DNA of 63,899 nt, counting the filler, from Octopus bimaculoides (taxonomy: Eukaryota): the NCBI RefSeq assembly GCF_001194135.2. It is 11 parts of 10 records of this genome, joined end to end, with 100 filler letters (N's around TTAATTAATTAA, not from the genome) between each part and the next. Parts side by side here need not be neighbours in the genome. Positions count along the whole stretch, not along the records: positions 47,516 to 52,154 come from NC_068983.1; positions 52,255 to 55,681 come from NC_068992.1; positions 55,782 to 59,277 come from NW_026322111.1; positions 59,378 to 63,899 come from NC_069006.1; 7 more parts are not named here. One strand, written 5' to 3'. How positions within the stretch are numbered: the stretch's first letter is position 1; each line of letters starts with the position of its first letter. The notes under the pieces are model-generated. The model ran no database searches. It was not told where the DNA came from and saw only the letters and a list, made by a program, of their open reading frames with translations. The translations under genes and the position numbers were made by a program. This document shows positions 52,007 to 63,899 of this stretch, piece by piece.

Positions 52007-52571
52007 GGACTTCACTGCCTACCTGACCGGCCTGCCGCGGCTCTCGGCGGGAGAGGCAGAGTGTTGTAAGGGTCCCATCACAGCTGCTGAAGTAAGGGAC
52101 GCTATGGCGGGCTGCGCGAGGGATAAGTCACCTGGATTGGATGGTCTACCCTACNNNNNNNNNNNNNNNNNNNNNNNNNNNNNNNNNNNNNNNNNNNNTT
52201 AATTAATTAANNNNNNNNNNNNNNNNNNNNNNNNNNNNNNNNNNNNNNNNNNNNAGAGAGAGAGAGAGAGAGAGAGAGGGGGAGAGAGAGAGAGAGAGAG
52301 AGCACCTTGCTCTCATGTGTCTATTCCCTGGTGAGGTTACCGTGGTTTTCCGTAGGCTTTTCTCTCCATGGATAAACCTAATGTTACCCCATTTTACACT
52401 ATTGACATTTTCTATGATATACGATACCTTTTTTTGTTTCTACCGATCCCTTTTGATCGGATTTTTTTCTTTTTTTCTTTTTTTCTTTCTTTATTTTTTT
52501 GTTTTACAGAAAATTTCTACAGTTGTATTTGTCCCCTCTGTGTGCAGCCCTGTGTGGCTAATAAAAGAAAG
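52007..52571 (+). mobile_element. Tx1/L1-clade LINE, 5'-truncated (ORF2 pre-RT + gap + 3' UTR), flanked by (TATC)n
   Basis: DFTAYLTGLPRLSAGEAECCKGPITAAEVRDAMAGCARDKSPGLDGLPY; T-rich 3' UTR ending GGCTAATAAAAGAAAG. Contiguity across the join spacer is assumed. Confidence 0.72.
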
Positions 52572-52681
52572 TTATCTATCTATCTATCTATCTATCGATA
52601 TATCGATAGATCGATAGATCGATCTGTCTGCCTGCCCATCTAACTAACTGTCTATCTCTTTGTCTATTATCTTCCTATCTA

Positions 52682-52806
52682 TAGGGTGTCTACAAAGTTT
52701 AGGTACCTGGAGTAAATAAAATAATAATATAAACAATTAAATATAAGAAATAATCATTTCTTAAACTGCCTTAATCTCCATGTACCCAGACGTTGTGGAC
52801 ACCCTA
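52682..52806. mobile_element. Tc1/mariner-type MITE, second copy
   Basis: TIRs match 19536-19657; internal part is the reverse complement; TA flanks. Confidence 0.85.
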
Positions 52807-52854
52807 TATATCGGCCTCCATATATACATATCAGTGTGTGTGCGCGCGTGCATG

Positions 52855-53020
52855 TATAGGTGCAACGCGGCTGCGTGGTAGGAAGTTTGCTTCCCAACTA
52901 CATGGTGCCGGTTTCAGTCGCGCTGCATGGCACTTTCGGCAAGTGTTTTCTACTATAGCATCGGGCCGACCAAAGCTTTGTGAGAGGATTTCGTGGGCGG
53001 AAACTGAAAGAAGCCAATCG

Positions 53021-53064
<44 letters not shown>

Positions 53065-53210
53065 TATGTGTGTGTGTATTTATCCTCCACCATCGCCTGA
53101 CAACCGATACTGGTGTGTTTATGTCCCAGTAACTTAGAGGTTCGTCAAAAGAAACCGATAGGATAAGTACTAGACTTACAGAGAATAAATCCCTGTCTCG
53201 ATATTTTCCA
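52855..53210 (+). mobile_element. SINE family A
   Basis: Colinear similarity to 14078-14500. Confidence 0.85.
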
Positions 53211-53271
53211 CTAAACATTGAAATGACTGCTACAGGTGCAAGAATGAATGTAAGGTTGTATACATGTATGT

Positions 53272-53305
<34 letters not shown>

Positions 53306-55089
53306 CTGAAAATGTATAAGAATATATACATACTATACATTATATTGCATGTATTGTGTGTATTGCACGTGTATAATATATATTTTTCGGTCATATGGCT
53401 TTGTTAGCTCTCTTACTTCATATAGGAAAGCTTTTATATATCGACGAAGGTTATGAATAAACACAAATTGACACTCCTCTGTCGAAGTCATTTGGAATAC
53501 TTGTTCTGTTCTAGGTTACAAGATTTCTCTACTCATTCTTGACTGTGTGTATGTAATGTGGCAATAATAGGCACGTTTAGGAGTACGTACCTAAACCTAA
53601 CTCATATAATTTGAGTAAACTGAGTATGTATCTAACTGAAAGATTATAATGTTCTTTTGTTTGTAAGAGTGAAATATGTTAACTAGCTTGTCTTAACATG
53701 TTTTTCCAATACATTTCATGGCTATTTCAAAATTCCATTGTGATTTGTTGAGTGCCTTTCTACCTCACACGTCGCAACAACTTTAGAATCTTCAGTATGA
53801 ATATGTGCTAAAGAAGATACCACTACGAAGTTCCTCTAACCGCCAGAGGTTAGTACCTATATCACTCCGTATCCCTTTTTCTGTGTTAATTTAATGAAAG
53901 GGGGGTAATAGACAATCTACAGGCCTACATGAAAACGAAATGTTCATGTCTGGAATAACTTTGTGTCAGGGATCATTTCGATCGGAGCAGAGCCGGATTC
54001 CAACGATTGCAACAACATTTCTCGGTCGACATTCCACGTGTCGGATCCGCATATCGAGAAGTTATGTTGCTGTAAATGTTAAGCGAATTAATACCATCGA
54101 ATTATTTGTAATTCCAAATGAAATAAACTAAGTCTCAAAAAGCTGTGGGTTGAGATATTTTTGGCTGGAGGGACTGGAACGAAATACGTAGCTAGTATTA
54201 TGTTTTATGATTAGTGGAAGTAATTATGTTTGACTGCATAGAAACGGATAGGAACTAAGAATCTCGCTCTGTTGGCTGGTGTGGTTGTCAGGTTTATGTG
54301 TCTGGCATGTTGTCAGATTTATGTATTTTAACAACAACATCGGTTTATTGCAAGAATAAATCTATAGTCTTTATACAAAATCAATTAAATTTTAATACTA
54401 ATGGTAATGGAGACTTGGTATTACATTTTGTTTATAAGGTCGAAACAAATTCATTATGGCGAGATGAAAAGCAGTCTCAAGTTTTCTATATTAAATACAA
54501 AATTAGAAACCTGCAAATAGATCATATATATAAAATACATAATGTTTTCTCATAATATAGGATTTATAAAAAAACGAGAGGAAAGCATGATTAAATTATT
54601 GATTTCTAATATTAGAGCAGTAAATTATATCAGTAAAACAGAGGATAAGAGCATTAGGGGATCGTCGAAATTAAATATATAATTAAAAGATCGACAGTGG
54701 TTATGAATTTTCTATCTTGTTCTGTATATATTCAATGGCTCCTAATTTACAGTTTTATAAATCTAGTAGTTGCTGTTTAGCCCCATTTCTGCTCTCATCA
54801 AGGTGAATTATGTTCAAAGTGTCCCAAGAATGTTGATCCAGTCTTATATGTTAGTTACAAATAAGCTGTTACATCTTCTAATTCGTGTGATAACGTATGG
54901 GTCTTACTCTTTTTGTCGCGTAAAAATCTATGGTTTTCAGTTATGCGCACTGGCGATTTCACGATATTTAACTGTATGTTTCTAGTCTATATCGACAGAA
55001 AACCATGAACTGCTAACAAAACTTTACAACAATGTTTTGCAACATCCTAGTACGTGTGTGTGTGTGTGTGTGCGTGTTTGTGTGTGCGT

Positions 55090-55410
55090 GTCTGAGTGGT
55101 GAAACCGTGGTTCCCAACCACATAGTTCCGGGTGGTTCATTCGCACTGCGTGGTTACTTGGACATGTCTCTGCTCTTATATCTCCGGGCCAACCAAAGAC
55201 TTGTGAGTTGATTTGATAGACAGAAACTTAAAGAAGCCCGTCATGTAAATATGTTTGTCCCCGTGACTTAGCGGTTAGGCAAATTGGAATGAAAGAATAA
55301 GTATTAGAATTGACAAAAAATAAGTACGGTGTTGATACGTTCGACTAAAATCTTTTCAAGGCGGTGGCACAGCATGACCGTAGTCTAATGTCTGAAACAA
55401 AAGATGAAAG
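55090..55410 (+). mobile_element. SINE family A, internally shortened
   Basis: Colinear similarity to 14078-14500. Confidence 0.8.
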
Positions 55411-55796
55411 ATGCACCTGTCTGTATGTGAATGGGTGCTTATACATATAAAACGCAGGAAGATTAAATTACTGATTCTATATTACTGCGTTATAATATTT
55501 AGATATATTTCTGAACCGGAAACTGAAACATAACTAACTTTAAATACCATTAGTTGATAGCAAATTGTTATTTCTACGTATGAAAAGCAAAATTAGTTCA
55601 AGGTAGCAATCACTCGTATATGGTGTAAGAATACAATTCACACATTTCGTGCAAATAAATCTCTAGGCTTATTTCGTGACANNNNNNNNNNNNNNNNNNN
55701 NNNNNNNNNNNNNNNNNNNNNNNNNTTAATTAATTAANNNNNNNNNNNNNNNNNNNNNNNNNNNNNNNNNNNNNNNNNNNNTATATATAGATATAG

Positions 55797-56112
55797 TGAA
55801 GGCAAGTGGCTTAGTGGTTAAGGCATTCGGCGCACCATCGTGAGGTCATGAGTTCAATTCCCGGCAACGCGTTGTGTTCTTGAGCAAGACACTTTATTTC
55901 ACGTTGTTCCAGTCTACTCAGCTGTAGTAGTACCTGTATTTCAAAGGGCCGGCCTTGTCACACTCTGTGTCATGCTGAATCTCCCTGAGAACTACGTTAG
56001 GGATACACGTGTCAGTGGATTGCTCAGTCACTTGCACGTTAATTTCATGAGCAAGTTGTTCCGCTGATCGTATCAGCTGGGACCCTTGTCATCGTAACCG
56101 AAGGAGTGCTCC
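55797..56112 (+). mobile_element. Mosaic SINE: family C head and CORE-like segment + family B 3' half
   Basis: 55797-55925 matches 18068-18205; 55930-56112 matches 21975-22150. Confidence 0.8.
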
Positions 56113-57103
56113 TGTTGTATNNNNNNNNNNNNNNNNNNNNNNNNNNNNNNNNNNNNNNNNNNNNNNNNNNNNNNNNNNNNNNNNNNNNNNNNNNNNNNNN
56201 NNNNNNNNNNNNNNNNNNNNNNNNNNNNNNNNNNNNNNNNNNNNNNNNNNNNNNNNNNNNNNNNNNNNNNNNNNNNNNNNNNNNNNNNNNNNNNNNNNNN
56301 NNNNNNNNNNNNNNNNNNNNNNNNNNNNNNNNNNNNNNNNNNNNNNNNNNNNNNNNNNNNNNNNNNNNNNNNNNNNNNNNNNNNNNNNNNNNNNNNNNNN
56401 NNNNNNNNNNNNNNNNNNNNNNNNNNNNNNNNNNNNNNNNNNNNNNNNNNNNNNNNNNNNNNNNNNNNNNNNNNNNNNNNNNNNNNNNNNNNNNNNNNNN
56501 NNNNNNNNNNNNNNNNNNNNNNNNNNNNNNNNNNNNNNNNNNNNNNNNNNNNNNNNNNNNNNNNNNNNNNNNNNNNNNNNNNNNNNNNNNNNNNNNNNNN
56601 NNNNNNNNNNNNNNNNNNNNNNNNNNNNNNNNNNNNNNNNNNNNNNNNNNNNNNNNNNNNNNNNNNNNNNNNNNNNNNNNNNNNNNNNNNNNNNNNNNNN
56701 NNNNNNNNNNNNNNNNNNNNNNNNNNNNNNNNNNNNNNNNNNNNNNNNNNNNNNNNNNNNNNNNNNNNNNNNNNNNNNNNNNNNNNNNNNNNNNNNNNNN
56801 NNNNNNNNNNNNNNNNNNNNNNNNNNNNNNNNNNNNNNNNNNNNNNNNNNNNNNNNNNNNNNNNNNNNNNNNNNNNNNNNNNNNNNNNNNNNNNNNNNNN
56901 NNNNNNNNNNNNNNNNNNNNNNNNNNNNNNNNNNNNNNNNNNNNNNNNNNNNNNNNNNNNNNNNNNNNNNNNNNNNNNNNNNNNNNNNNNNNNNNNNNNN
57001 NNNNNNNNNNNNNNNNNNNNNNNNNNNNNNNNNNNNNNNNNNNNNNNNNNNNNNCATCGCCTCTAGCTAGCTATGTGACACACGAAACCTGTGTCCTTTA
57101 TAA

Positions 57104-57237
57104 CCTTCGAACAGGGGAGGTCAGCAGTTTCTCCTTGCTGGTTTGGCATCTGCAGACTAGTTTCAGGGTGTTGCCCCTTGTCAATGCAGAGCAGCCAAGC
57201 TCCAGCCAGGCGGCGCTGCCGACTATCTGTTCGAAGG
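57104..57237. mobile_element. Short TIR element, piggyBac-like MITE (tentative)
   Basis: Perfect 15-bp inverted repeat ATAACCTTCGAACAG (57100-57114) / CTGTTCGAAGGTTAT (57227-57241) around a GC-rich interior. Confidence 0.45.
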
Positions 57238-57529
57238 TTATTTATCTAATTTCAGTGGAATCTATCCACTGGTTTTCAGAAATAGAGTTATTAATATTTC
57301 TAAGTCTCTCTAAAGGAGACTACGGCAGCGGTACTGGAAATTAATAGTTATCGCCAAGCCAACAAACCAGAAGGTTTAAATTGAATAGAATTTAGCTGTT
57401 GTTACTAGCAGGTGAAGTGACCATATATAGATCAAAGAAAAAGAAATATTGATGAATAAATAAAATTCAACTGAATATAGTCTTTTCTTCTGTTACATGT
57501 TTCAGCCATTTGATGCAGCCACAGGAGTT

Positions 57530-58440
57530 GTCAAGTAATGTATATGGGGACAAAGGAGGCTGTGCTGATGTATGTTAGCCATTTGTTTGGTTTGTGGTAG
57601 GGCCTGTATGTACCAGAGCTCAAGTTGAACATGACATCTAAGAATCCGTGGCTGTGATTTTCAATCCCATGGAGGCAAGCGTGCTGATTAGATCTTTTCT
57701 AAGCCTGTCTAGTGTATGCCTGTAAGCCACTCCCCCAACCCTGAGATGGCCAGGGCGTCATCTCTGTAGAGGCCAAAAAGGACAGAGGGGCACTTTTTCC
57801 TAAGTGTATCAAGGATATACAATCCCCTGAAGGCACGTATGCCAGTGCAGTCAAAGGCTCTCATCGCTACATCAAAGGAACCCGTGGGGTTGGATTGCTA
57901 GACCCATGCTGATCCTTTGTTAAACAGCACTGTCTTTCTGGCATGCATAATGACTTCTATATCTATGTCACTGATGTGAGAGAAGCCCCTAGTGAAAGAA
58001 AGCACCTTGGCCAGTAGTCCTTTTGCTATAGACAAGTAAAAGTCAATTATATCAAATTGGGTGACCTTGCTCTGCCTCTTCCCTTGTTGGTGTTAAACCA
58101 TGCAGTCACTTCATTGGTGTTGCATCACAGGGAAAAGTTGGTGACCCTCCTTATGTCATTATTGATATCTTTCAATATATGCTTGCTTGCCAGAACGATC
58201 TTGGATTTGACCTGATTGATCAGGCAGCGTTTAGGGTTTGAGGCAAAGTTTGGATTATGAACTTTTATGCTAATGAAGACGTTTCTTTTAGCTAGGAACT
58301 CTACCCTATCCACTATCTCTAGTTCATTAGCTAATTTTTTGGCTTCACTGTTGATGTCATTATATGTCTGTGGGGAAGCATGCCTATAATTTTGTGTGAT
58401 GTTATTTTCTAGAGTGTCTATCATATATAAGTTTTTCATC
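57530..58440 (-). mobile_element. Penelope-like element (family 2), RT fragment
   Basis: KRNVFISIKVHNPNF..NPKRCLINQVKS, QFDIIDFY, and a GLYRDDAL-type motif; nucleotide similarity to 41050-41450. Confidence 0.85.
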
Positions 58441-58669
58441 TTACAAAATAGGCGAAACTAGTCTAGTGATTCTAGAAGTAGTCATGGGGTGGTTATAATC
58501 AAATTGCACTCTTCTTACAGCATTAAGAGTTTTTAACTCTTATTTCTAGCAATCTAAGTACTTTGACACCCTCATTCTCAGAAGAACAGAATGGAATAAG
58601 CTGAGCATGAGCAAACATCCCTGAAATTGTGACAAAATTTGAAACAATTATCATTATTATTACTTTTCT

Positions 58670-58865
58670 TTTATTCTTTTATTTGTTTCAGTTATTTCAC
58701 TGCAGCCATGCTGGAACACCGCCTTTAGTCAAACAAATTGACCCCAGGACTTATTCTTTGTAAGCCTAATACTTATTCTATTGGTCTCTTTTGCCAAGCT
58801 ATTATGTTATGGGGATGTAAACACACCAATATCAGTTGTCAAGCGATGTTGGGGGTACAGACATA

Positions 58866-58902
<37 letters not shown>

Positions 58903-59062
58903 GACAGACTTCTTTCAGTTTCCATCTACAAAATCTGCTCACAAGGCTTTGGTCAGCCTGAGGCTATAGTAGAAGACATTTGCCCAACGTGCCATGCAAT
59001 GGGACTGAACCCAGAATCATGTGGTTGGTAAGCAAGCTACTTACCACACAGACATGACTGCA
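58670..59062 (-). mobile_element. SINE family A, near full length
   Basis: Reverse complement of 14078-14500. Confidence 0.88.
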
Positions 59063-59439
59063 TCTATTTCTTTATTGTTATTTTATTTATTCTTCCCCAT
59101 CTGTCTGACACTTGTATATCTATGCATATCTATGTGTGACAGTGTGTATACATGAGTAGGAGAACTGAGTCTATACTCGTATGTGTTATATGTATGTCTA
59201 TTTGTGTGTGTGTGTGTGTGCATATTTAAATATGCATATGTGTGCGTGTGTGTATGCATATATATATATATATATATNNNNNNNNNNNNNNNNNNNNNNN
59301 NNNNNNNNNNNNNNNNNNNNNTTAATTAATTAANNNNNNNNNNNNNNNNNNNNNNNNNNNNNNNNNNNNNNNNNNNNAAGTATAAAATATTAATAGGTAC
59401 TGAGGGCAATATGGTCAACTATTCATGATAAGCACCCTC

Positions 59440-59650
59440 TATAGTGTGGCTGTGTGGTAAGAAGCTTGCTTCCCAACCACATGGCTCCAGGTTCAGTCCC
59501 ACTGCATGGAACCTTTGGCTAGTGTCTTCTTGTATAGCCTCAGGCCAACCAAAGTCTTGTGAGTAGATTTGGTAGACTCTTGCCAAACTGTTCAACCCAT
59601 GCCAGCATGGGAAAAAGGATGTTAAATGATGATAATGATAATGATGAAGA
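59440..59650 (+). mobile_element. SINE family A 5' half joined to an RTE-type 3' tail with (GAT)n
   Basis: SINE sequence ends at TTGGTAGAC. CAACCCATGCCAGCATGG...GATGTTAAATGATGAT follows and matches the reverse complement of 62650-62705. Confidence 0.7.
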
Positions 59651-60339
59651 TGTATGTATGTATGTATGTATGTATGTATGTATGTATGCTTATCAGAAAT
59701 GCAGAGGCGTAGTGACTCCTCCATTGGAAACCTATAACAACATTGAATTACAATAATAAAATAAAATACATTAGTTATTTCATATATCTATGTAATAGCT
59801 GGATGGCTTTGATGATGGTCTAAATTTAGAAAGACGTAATATCTGACAAAAACAACTATAAAATAACAAACATAAAAAAAAATGGAACAACTAATGGCAA
59901 TGTACATATCAAGTTCTTAATTCTTCAAAATATCACTGCAAATATCAGTTACGGTACTGGATAGCAAATCCAATTTTACTCTTGAAAATGATATTAGTAG
60001 CATTTCGAGAACATGATACCTTTCCACTTATTCTCCATAACTATTATCACAAGTTCTACATGTGTGTGTGTGTGTGTGTGTCCTTATAGTTTTAATGTCT
60101 ACTTTTCCATACTTACATAATTCAGACAAAATTTCACTGAGGTAGAATTTTCTACAGCAAAATGCCCCTTCTTGAAGCCATCTTCCACTTTACAAAGCAA
60201 AGTAATAATTCTCCTGTCTGTCTATCAAACAGTCTGGACATTGCTTGTATGAATGGTAAAATTATTGTTTAGAAGGTGACATAAAATATAGTCTCACACA
60301 CACACACACACATTTGTATGTATGTGTGTGTCTGTGTGT

Positions 60340-60935
60340 GTCTGTGTGTAAGAAGCTTGTTTCCCAACCACATTTCTGGGTTCAGTCCAATTGCATGGTA
60401 CCTTGAGCAAGTGTGTCCTATAACCTCGGGTTGACTAAAGCCTTGTGAGTGGATATAATAAACTAAAACTGAAAAATGACCATCGTGTGTGTGTGTGTGT
60501 GTTCACATCCCCATGACTTAGCAGTTCAGCAAAATAGATCGGAAGTATAAGTATCAGGCTTGGCAGTGCCCCAGCATGGTTGCAATCTAATGACTGACTG
60601 ACTGNNNNNNNNNNNNNNNNNNNNNNNNNNNNNNNNNNNNNNNNNNNNNNNNNNNNNNNNNNNNNNNNNNNNNNNNNNNNNNNNNNNNNNNNNNNNNNNN
60701 NNNNNNNNNNNNNNNNNNNNNNNNNNNNNNNNNNNNNNNNNNNNNNNNNNNNNNNNNNNNNNNNNNNNNNNNNNNNNNNNNNNNNNNNNNNNNNNNNNNN
60801 NNNNNNNNNNNNNNNNNNNNNNNNNNNNNNNNNNNNNNNNNNNNNNNNNNNNNNNNNNNNNNNNNNNNNNNNNNNNNNNNNNNNNNNNNNNCCCCAGCAT
60901 GGCCACAGTCTAATGACTGAAACAAGTAAAAGATA
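60340..60935 (+). mobile_element. SINE family A copies either side of a gap
   Basis: Head at 60345; tail blocks at 60570-60600 and 60892-60935. Confidence 0.7.
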
Positions 60936-60943
60936 TATACATA

Positions 60944-61842
60944 CAAGGGAGTACCCAAAAGTAACTGGAAACATTCTCTGTAGCACAAGCCCGTTGTAGT
61001 TCAGGCTTCCACCACTAGAAGCCACTTGATGCCACCCTTGAGCATCAGTCTGCCGACCAGGGGCACCATCTGCAGTGGCAGTGCCACATGGTGTGCAGTG
61101 CTTTTCCCCTGTTCATCAATTTTTGCGATGGCTGAAATGAAGGAACAGCATGCTTCAGTGAAATTCTGTTTTTTGCAAGGGAAAATGGCAGCCAGGACAG
61201 TTGTCATGCTTCAAACAGCTCACAAGGATGCTGCCATGAGCAAAGCACAATTTTATGAGTGGCTTCCATGCTTTAGGAACGGTTACTTGCCACTTGAGGA
61301 CCGAACTCGTTCAGGACGACTGTCGACCACCTGAACGAATGAAAACATCATGAAAATTCATGAACTGATCTTGGAGGACCGTCACTGAACAATTGACCGA
61401 TGTGTTGATATGACTGGTGTGTCCTGGAGCTCCTGCCAACTAATTTTGAGCAAGGAATTGCGAATGAAAGGAGTTACAGCAAAATTTGTGTCTAGCTTGC
61501 TCACAGAAGATCAAAAGAAGTTATGAGTAAACGTGTGTCGTGAACTGAAAAAACAGCTGCAAGTCAATCCAGACCTTTTATCAAAGGTCATCACTGGTGA
61601 TGGAAGCTGGTGCCACGGAACTTGCAGATGTGGAAGAGGTGAAGAAGAAAAAAAAATGACGGAGGCGTTAAAAAGCGAAACTTTGCAAAATTTCCAGCAC
61701 TGCTTTGAACAGTGGAAAACGTGCTTGGACTGATGCATTGCTTCAAATGGAGAATACTCTGAAAGCGATAAAAGTGTAAACATGCAAAACCAAGTGAATA
61801 AAATAATACTGCAAATTCCGGTTTATTTTGGGTACCCCCTCG
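60944..61842 (+). mobile_element. mariner transposon, internally deleted (899 bp)
   Basis: TIRs CAAGGGAGTACCCAAAAGTAACTGGAA / TTCCGGTTTATTTTGGGTACCCCCTCG with TA TSD. Transposase MKEQHASVKFCF...EDRTRSGR...VITGDGSWC is joined to the C-terminal FQHCFEQWK..D.CIASNGEY, so the distal catalytic core is missing. Confidence 0.92.
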
Positions 61843-62023
61843 TACACACACACATATATACATGTGCATACATACATATTCACACACACACAAACAAACA
61901 AACACACATACACACACACACAAACAAACACACATACATACACACACACATATATATGCAGCTATATATTTCACAGATACATGTGCAACTGTACATATTT
62001 GTATGCATAAAACTGTTGTTGTA

Positions 62024-62251
62024 CAATTAAACCTTGGGAGAGGCATTATGCCAGTAATAAACACACGCACAGTCCTTTATTAATTTATAAACAGTATTTA
62101 GTTTTTTGTTAAATAATTTCATTGCACTCTTGCAATCTCTTCAGTAACTTGTGCAATGAAATTATTTAACAAAAAACTATATAAATTAATAAAGGACCGA
62201 ACCAGTGCGTGTGTTTATTACAGGTATAATGCCTCTCCCAAGGTTTAATTG
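62024..62251. mobile_element. Foldback MITE, ~105-bp arms, TA TSD
   Basis: CAATTAAACCTTGGGAGAGGCATTAT...TTTCATTGCAC pairs with GTGCAATGAAA...ATAATGCCTCTCCCAAGGTTTAATTG. Confidence 0.88.
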
Positions 62252-62647
62252 TATTTCTTTCAACACGCATATCCACATCAAGAATCTTGCACACGAAATA
62301 CACATACGAAATACTGTTGCTGTAGTTTAATAAATTGTTGAATTTTTTGTGATATATTCATATTTATCTTTAACCAAACTCCAAAGGTATTCTCACAAAA
62401 GCAAGCAATTACTGATGGAAAATGCCAAAATACAAATTCAGACAACAAACAGCAGCCACAAACAAACAAACAAACAAACATTGACTGATAATATGTAAAT
62501 CTGAGTCAAACTTTGATTTATAGTAGAAATGTCTACACCAACCATATCAGGTTACTATAAAAAAAGCAACAACAGACTTCAATACCACTTCTTTATTCAA
62601 AGCCAGAAACTTTTCAGCATACCCTTGTGTGTGTGTGTGTGTGTGTG

Positions 62648-62745
62648 TATCATCATCATCATCATCATCATTTAACGTCAGCTTTCCATGCTAGCATGGG
62701 TTGGACGATTTGACTGAGGACTGGCGAACCAGATGGCTACGCCCG
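62648..62745 (-). mobile_element. RTE-type LINE 3' tail with (GAT)n
   Basis: CGTCCAACCCATGCTAGCATGGAAAGCTGACGTTAAATGATGATGAT on the minus strand. Confidence 0.7.
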
Positions 62746-63105
62746 GCTTGCTAACATTTCTGCCAGCTCGCCACCTTGTGTGTGTGCGTGTGTGTATATA
62801 CAGAGAGAGAGAGAAAGAGAGAGAGAGATCTTTTTGCCTGCAAAATTAAAAGATGCAGTTAATGGTTAGTTTATAGTACGAGACTGTGCACAACGTATTT
62901 CTGCACAAAAATGCCTTGTTTCAAACATAAACACAGAGGTTTTCTTTCCATTTGATGAATGTTTATTTCTTTAAGTTTTATCTTCCATTTTTATAAACCA
63001 CTATAAAAGAAAACTCGAAACATAAACACCATACAAGTATATCATACATATAAAACATGACAACACGTACATTATACACAGATATATATATATATATATA
63101 TATAT

Positions 63106-63400
63106 ACTAGCAGAGGCACCCGGCGTTGCTCGGGAATGAAATTGTTGCTTATATACTTGAAGAAAAAAAGGCAAAATATGCTGTATAGAAATTTGAGGAC
63201 ATTCTGTAGATGGACTCTCAGATGAATGATGGCTGGGCGCCTCTCATGAATGGGGAAAATTGAAGATGTGCCAAAAAGCCTCATTGGTACTTGGAAACTT
63301 TTACGAAAATTAAAATGGGGATTAAATGAAAAAAATGATTTACGTGAATATCCTCAGAAGAGTAATTGAAATAAATGGCGATTGTGGAACCTCCCCAAGC
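63106..63400 (+). mobile_element. Helitron/Helentron-like non-autonomous element (tentative)
   Basis: ACTAGCAGAGGCACCCGGCGTTGCTCGGGAA after (TA)n; same 5' motif as at 75-106. 3' boundary uncertain. Confidence 0.35.
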
Positions 63401-63806
63401 ACGCATACACACANNNNNNNNNNNNNNNNNNNNNNNNNNNNNNNNNNNNNNNNNNNNNNNNNNNNNNNNNNNNNNNNNNNNNNNNNNNNNNNNNNNNNNN
63501 NNNNNNNNNNNNNNNNGTGTTTGTAAGAGACAGAGTGTGAGTGAGAGAGAGAGGTTTGTTGTCATGTATACGTACATGCATAAATATATATACATCTTTG
63601 GATGTATGCATATGACAACACAGCCCTTGACTCACTCACACTCTGTCTCTTACAAACACGCACGCGCGCGCATACACACGTGTGTCTTTGTAAATATGTT
63701 TGTATGCATTTATGTATGTGTGTGTTTGTAAGAGACAGTGTGAGTAAGTCAAGGGGTGTGTGTATGTGTGTGAGACAGAGTGAGAGAGCGGTGTGTATGT
63801 AGTATT

Positions 63807-63844
<38 letters not shown>

Positions 63845-63899
63845 CACATGAACACACAAAATAGAGAGTGAAGCTTTTTGCGGTTGTTACGTCAATACC

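Overview
This is AT-rich, microsatellite-laden eukaryotic DNA from a gapped draft assembly. The SINE families present suggest an octopus (Octopus bimaculoides-like); that assignment is an inference. No host protein-coding gene could be identified with confidence, and four short spliceable segments are offered only as candidates. The window is dominated by mobile DNA: a near-complete Tc1 element, a deleted mariner, several MITEs, R4/Dong LINE fragments sitting in (TAA)n tracts, Tx1/L1-clade LINE pieces, CR1 and RTE remnants, at least four tRNA-derived SINE families, and several Penelope-like element (PLE) families. The most interesting observations are: (1) a PLE whose 3' end carries a tRNA-like Pol III head, an (AAT)n tract and a minimal hammerhead ribozyme, with the same module also present alone as a head-to-head palindromic insertion bounded by one 15-bp target-site duplication (TSD); (2) a second PLE family in which the two half-motifs of the GIY-YIG endonuclease are separated by an in-frame 136-172 aa Asn/Ser/Asp/Thr-rich insert in two divergent copies; (3) a hammerhead family with a shared A6U core variant; (4) an ORF1-only Tx1-like insertion and a SINE tail that resembles the Tx1 3' end. 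Most ORFs in the supplied track are microsatellite or N-gap artefacts.
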